Shown: positions 60,242-64,000 of the stretch, piece by piece
Layout: each line of letters opens with the position of its first letter
Position numbering within the stretch: the first letter of the stretch is position 1
Assembly: GCA_043228905.1 (NCBI GenBank)
Contig: JBHGNT010000009.1
Coordinates: forward strand, 13,206,001 to 13,270,000
Direction: 5' to 3'
From: Azolla caroliniana
Lineage: Eukaryota; Plantae; Polypodiophyta
DNA length: 64,000 nt
Program-made: the position numbers and the translations under genes
Notes under the pieces: generated by a model
Databases searched by the model: none
What the model saw: only the letters and a program-made list of their open reading frames with translations
What the model was told of the DNA's origin: nothing

Positions 60242-63200
60242 TGATGATAACAAAAGATATATATTATGTTAAGAGAATATACAATAGTAGCTAGGAGGCT
60301 TAAGACTGGCATAGAACCGATTTGGTTCAAAATAATGCCTTGTGCCTCCTTTTATAGTGTTCTCAGGAGTACTCCTGAAGTTTCTAGAATATTCCAGAGA
60401 AATTTGGAATATACAATAATTTTCTATAGTAAAACTTAAATGAAAATAATATTTTTCGTATTACAACATATAGTCTAATGGTCAAGATCTCGACCCATGT
60501 AACATAAGGTCATGGGATCGAGTCTTGTCATATCATGACACTATCCCCCCTTTAACTCGACAAGTGTCACGAATCGTTTTGGATTGAGGATCCGGTTTGT
60601 CTGGATATTGACGATGGAAGTACTCAAGAAGAGAACGAGCATTGGTAACATTCTCTATTGGTTCCCAAGTACGCTCGCTGGGACTATATCCTAGCCAATC
60701 GACTAAATAGTAGAGCTTGTTGCGAACAATCTTGGAATCGAGGATGACGGCAACCTCGTACTCAGGTCCATCTTCAAGTTCGATCGGGGGTGGAGGTTGT
60801 TTAATACGACCTGGGATGGTGCTGTCTTGGTAGAGTTCGAGGAGAGAACTATGAAACACTGGATGTATCCGAAGTTGTGGAGGTAGATCGAGACGAAAAG
60901 TGACATTATTAATTTTTCTGATAATACGGAAAGTACCTAATCGCCGATAATCCAACTTCTCGCATTGGTGAGTAGTCTTGATGTGTTGTCATAGTAGTCA
61001 TACCCAATCTCCAATGTCAAAACTGGATGGAAGTTGATGACGATCCGCGTAAACCTTGTGTGTTTGTTGAGCTTGTTGGAGATGAGTAGATAAATTCGCT
61101 TGTATCTTGCATAACCGCTCCAAACGATCTTCTACATAAGGATTTGTGGGTAACTCTGGGGTTTCAAATACACACCACTGGGGGTGACAACCCGTATAAG
61201 CATAAAATGGTGTAACCTTTGTCAATGAGTGGACAGAGTTATTATACGCAAATTCGGCGAAGTGGAAAATATCCGCCCAATCATCTTGATTATAGCTTAG
61301 AAAGCACCGAAGATATTGCTCCAGCGTTTGATTTGTTCGTTCTGCTTGCCCGTCTGTTTGTAGGTGGTAGCCGGAGGAGAGTTTACAAGTTACCTTGAGC
61401 ATTTTAAAGAGGTGCTTCTAGAATTTCGAGACGAACTGGGGTCCCCGGTCGCTGATGATACTATCGGGAACGCCATGATGCCGACATACTTCACACATGA
61501 CAATTTCGGCAGTTTCCTCACTAGAGATTTCCTTAGTACATGGCAAGAAATGGGCCATCTTCGTATATCGATCTACTACTGTTAAGATCACATCGAATCC
61601 CTTAGATACCGGAAGATCTATAATGAAATCTAGAGCAATGGATTGCCACGGCTTGCTTGGAAGTGGTAATGGTTCTAATAAACCATATGGATTATGCCTT
61701 GGCATTTTTTCTCTGCAACATGTATCACAAGTCCGAACAAAATCTTCGACAAATTGTTGCATATGGGGCCACCAAAATGATCGTTGTACTAAATCTAATG
61801 TTTTAGTACTACCAAAATGTCTAGCTGTATGTATATGTGTCATGATAGTTTTGGACTACTCGAAGGGGACAAGAACCATTATGAACATATAAGAGTTTCT
61901 TAAAGAATAGTAATCCATCATGACATTCGAATTCTCGATAGTCCGTACCTGGTTGTTGCGACTGTGAACAAGATGCTCGAGAGGGATCAATTTGTGCTAG
62001 AATGGCTTGGACGAAAGCATCTGTCTTCGAGTCCTCACGTATGGTATCGATAATGTGGGAATCCAAGGGCATACCGAAAACCTGCGTTGCTTGCAGTCGT
62101 GCCGGTCCCAGGATTACTTGCTTTTGGTTACCGAAAGTTGGCTCGCTAGGACGTAGTGCTAGATACGAGCGCCGTGATAATGCATCTGCCTTCCCCAAAT
62201 GATATGTAATTTTGAAGTCGAAATGAGTGAGGAATTGGACCCACCGAGCTTGACGTCGATTTAACACACAAGCATTCTGAAAGTAGGCAAGGTTTTTGTG
62301 ATCACTGAATATGGTGTCTTGATGAGAAGATCCCTCTAGGAAATGCCTCCATTGCATAAAAGAGTATACTATTGCCAATAGCTCCTTATCATGAATTTCA
62401 TAGTTGATTTCGGTGGCGTCAAACTTGCGTGAGTGGAAAGCCACAAGATGTAGCTTTTCATCATCGCCTTGTTGTGACAAAATGCTATGCAAGGCGAAAT
62501 CTGACGCGTCTACTTCGATGATGAATGGTTTTTCCGGAGCTAGAATAGAAGCTGATGTAAATGCCTTCTTAAGACTCTCAAAAGCCATGTCTGCTTCTTC
62601 AGAGCAAACGAATGATTGTTCCTTCCTAGTAAGTTGTGTGAGAGGCAGAACAAGCTTTGAGTAATCCTGTATAAACTTGTGGTAGAAATTGGCAAAGCCT
62701 AAAAAGCATTGCGCATCTCGCAATGAACGCGGAGTCTGCCACTCTACCACGGTTTTGACCTTAGCTGAATCCATGGAGATGCCTTCCGAGGAAATGACAT
62801 AGCCCAGAAATTCTACCTGGTTGCACTCGAAACTACATTTTTCCAGCTTTGCATAAAGACCATGTTCTTGAAGTCGTTTTAGTACTAACAGTACATGAGA
62901 ATCATCCTCTTCTTGGGTCTTCGAATAAACCAGTAGATCATCCAAATAGATGATCAAACAAACATCCAAGAGATCTCGGAATATATCATTTGCCATGTGC
63001 TAGAAGACTATTGGCACATTAATGAGGCCAAATGGCATGACCGTATACTCGAAATGCCCATATCTGGTGCAAAACGCGGTCTTCCATTCATCTCCTAGTC
63101 GGATCCGTACGAGGTTATATGCTCCTCGTAAGTCGATCTTTGTGAAGAACCTTGCACCATTGATCTGTTCTAAAAGACTTGAGATAAGGGGAACTGCATA

Positions 63201-64000
63201 ACTATTCCTCATGGTGACCTTATTCAAGCCACGATAATCTACGACGAGACGAAGTGATCCATCCTTTTTCTTGACGAAGAAAATGGGTGTGCCGTCCGGA
63301 GATTTCGAATGTCGAATGAAACCATTTGCAAATTCTCCTCGATATAGACTCAAAGGACTTCTAGCTCAGTTGGTGACAAATTGTAGATTGGTCCCCATGG
63401 TGGCTTTTTTCCTGGTTGTAAATCAATGGGGCAATCATACGGTCGATGGTGAGGAAGCATATTGGCCTGTACTTTATCGAAGACATCGGCATAATGACGA
63501 TACTTCTCTGGAAGTTGAAGACTCCTCTTTAGTGGTGTTGGAGGGTTTTACTGATACTGCAAAAAGAAACATTTCTTTCTTGCATCCTTCCTCACACAAT
63601 TGATGTAGCGAAATGGTTGCAATCTTATTAGTAGATCCTCGGGTTTGTCGATACCGGATTTCTCTTGTTCTCCAATCTATGTCTGGGTTATGTAATTCAA
63701 ACCATGGTAATCCCAAAAAAATGGGATGTTTTGGGATACTAATTATATTAAAGGATACTACACATGCTAAATTATCTAGGACAATATTAACGGGCTCTGA
63801 CTCTTCTATGATATTTCCAGAAGCAATGGGATGACCATCAATGACTACTACAGAGGCTGGACACGAGATTTTTCTTAGGGATATCTGATGAGCTTGGGAA
63901 AAATTCCTATCCATGAAGCAAGAATTAGCTCTGGAATCTAGGAGTGTTGAGACATGTACTGGAGAGGTACTTTTAGTACTAACTGTTACTTGGGCTAAGA
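60096..64000 (-). mobile_element. Ty3/gypsy chromovirus N (same group as E): protease-RT-RNase H-integrase-chromodomain and 3' LTR 60540-60096; 5' end outside the window
   Basis: [39 protein letters not shown] and chromodomain EYEVAVILDSK...YLVDWLGY...TWEP; PPT AAAGGGGGGATAG; LTR ends TGTCA...TGACA. Confidence 0.95.

Overview
Eukaryotic (land-plant, probably non-seed plant such as a fern or lycophyte; inference from the TE lineages) genomic DNA. A small gene island (about 9-17 kb) holds an intronless SART-1/Snu66 (DOT2/MDF-like) gene and a three-exon twin-CX9C COA4-like gene that the ORF track misses. The rest is mostly nested, decayed LTR retrotransposons whose LTRs, primer sites and target-site duplications (TSDs) can be resolved by eye: several Ty1/copia copies, two chromodomain-bearing Ty3/gypsy elements (one with a self-priming PBS), non-chromovirus gypsy elements, a solo LTR and a non-autonomous hAT element. 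The most striking observation is that three gypsy-type elements with unrelated LTRs (22680-25936, 27886-35847, 39783-46870) have no polypurine tract. Directly before the 3' LTR they instead carry a sense copy of a tRNA-Arg-like 3' end including CCA, so each element has two inward-facing primer-binding sites. This suggests tRNA-primed plus-strand synthesis. All alignments and counts were made by eye, and tRNA identities are from recalled plant tRNA sequences.
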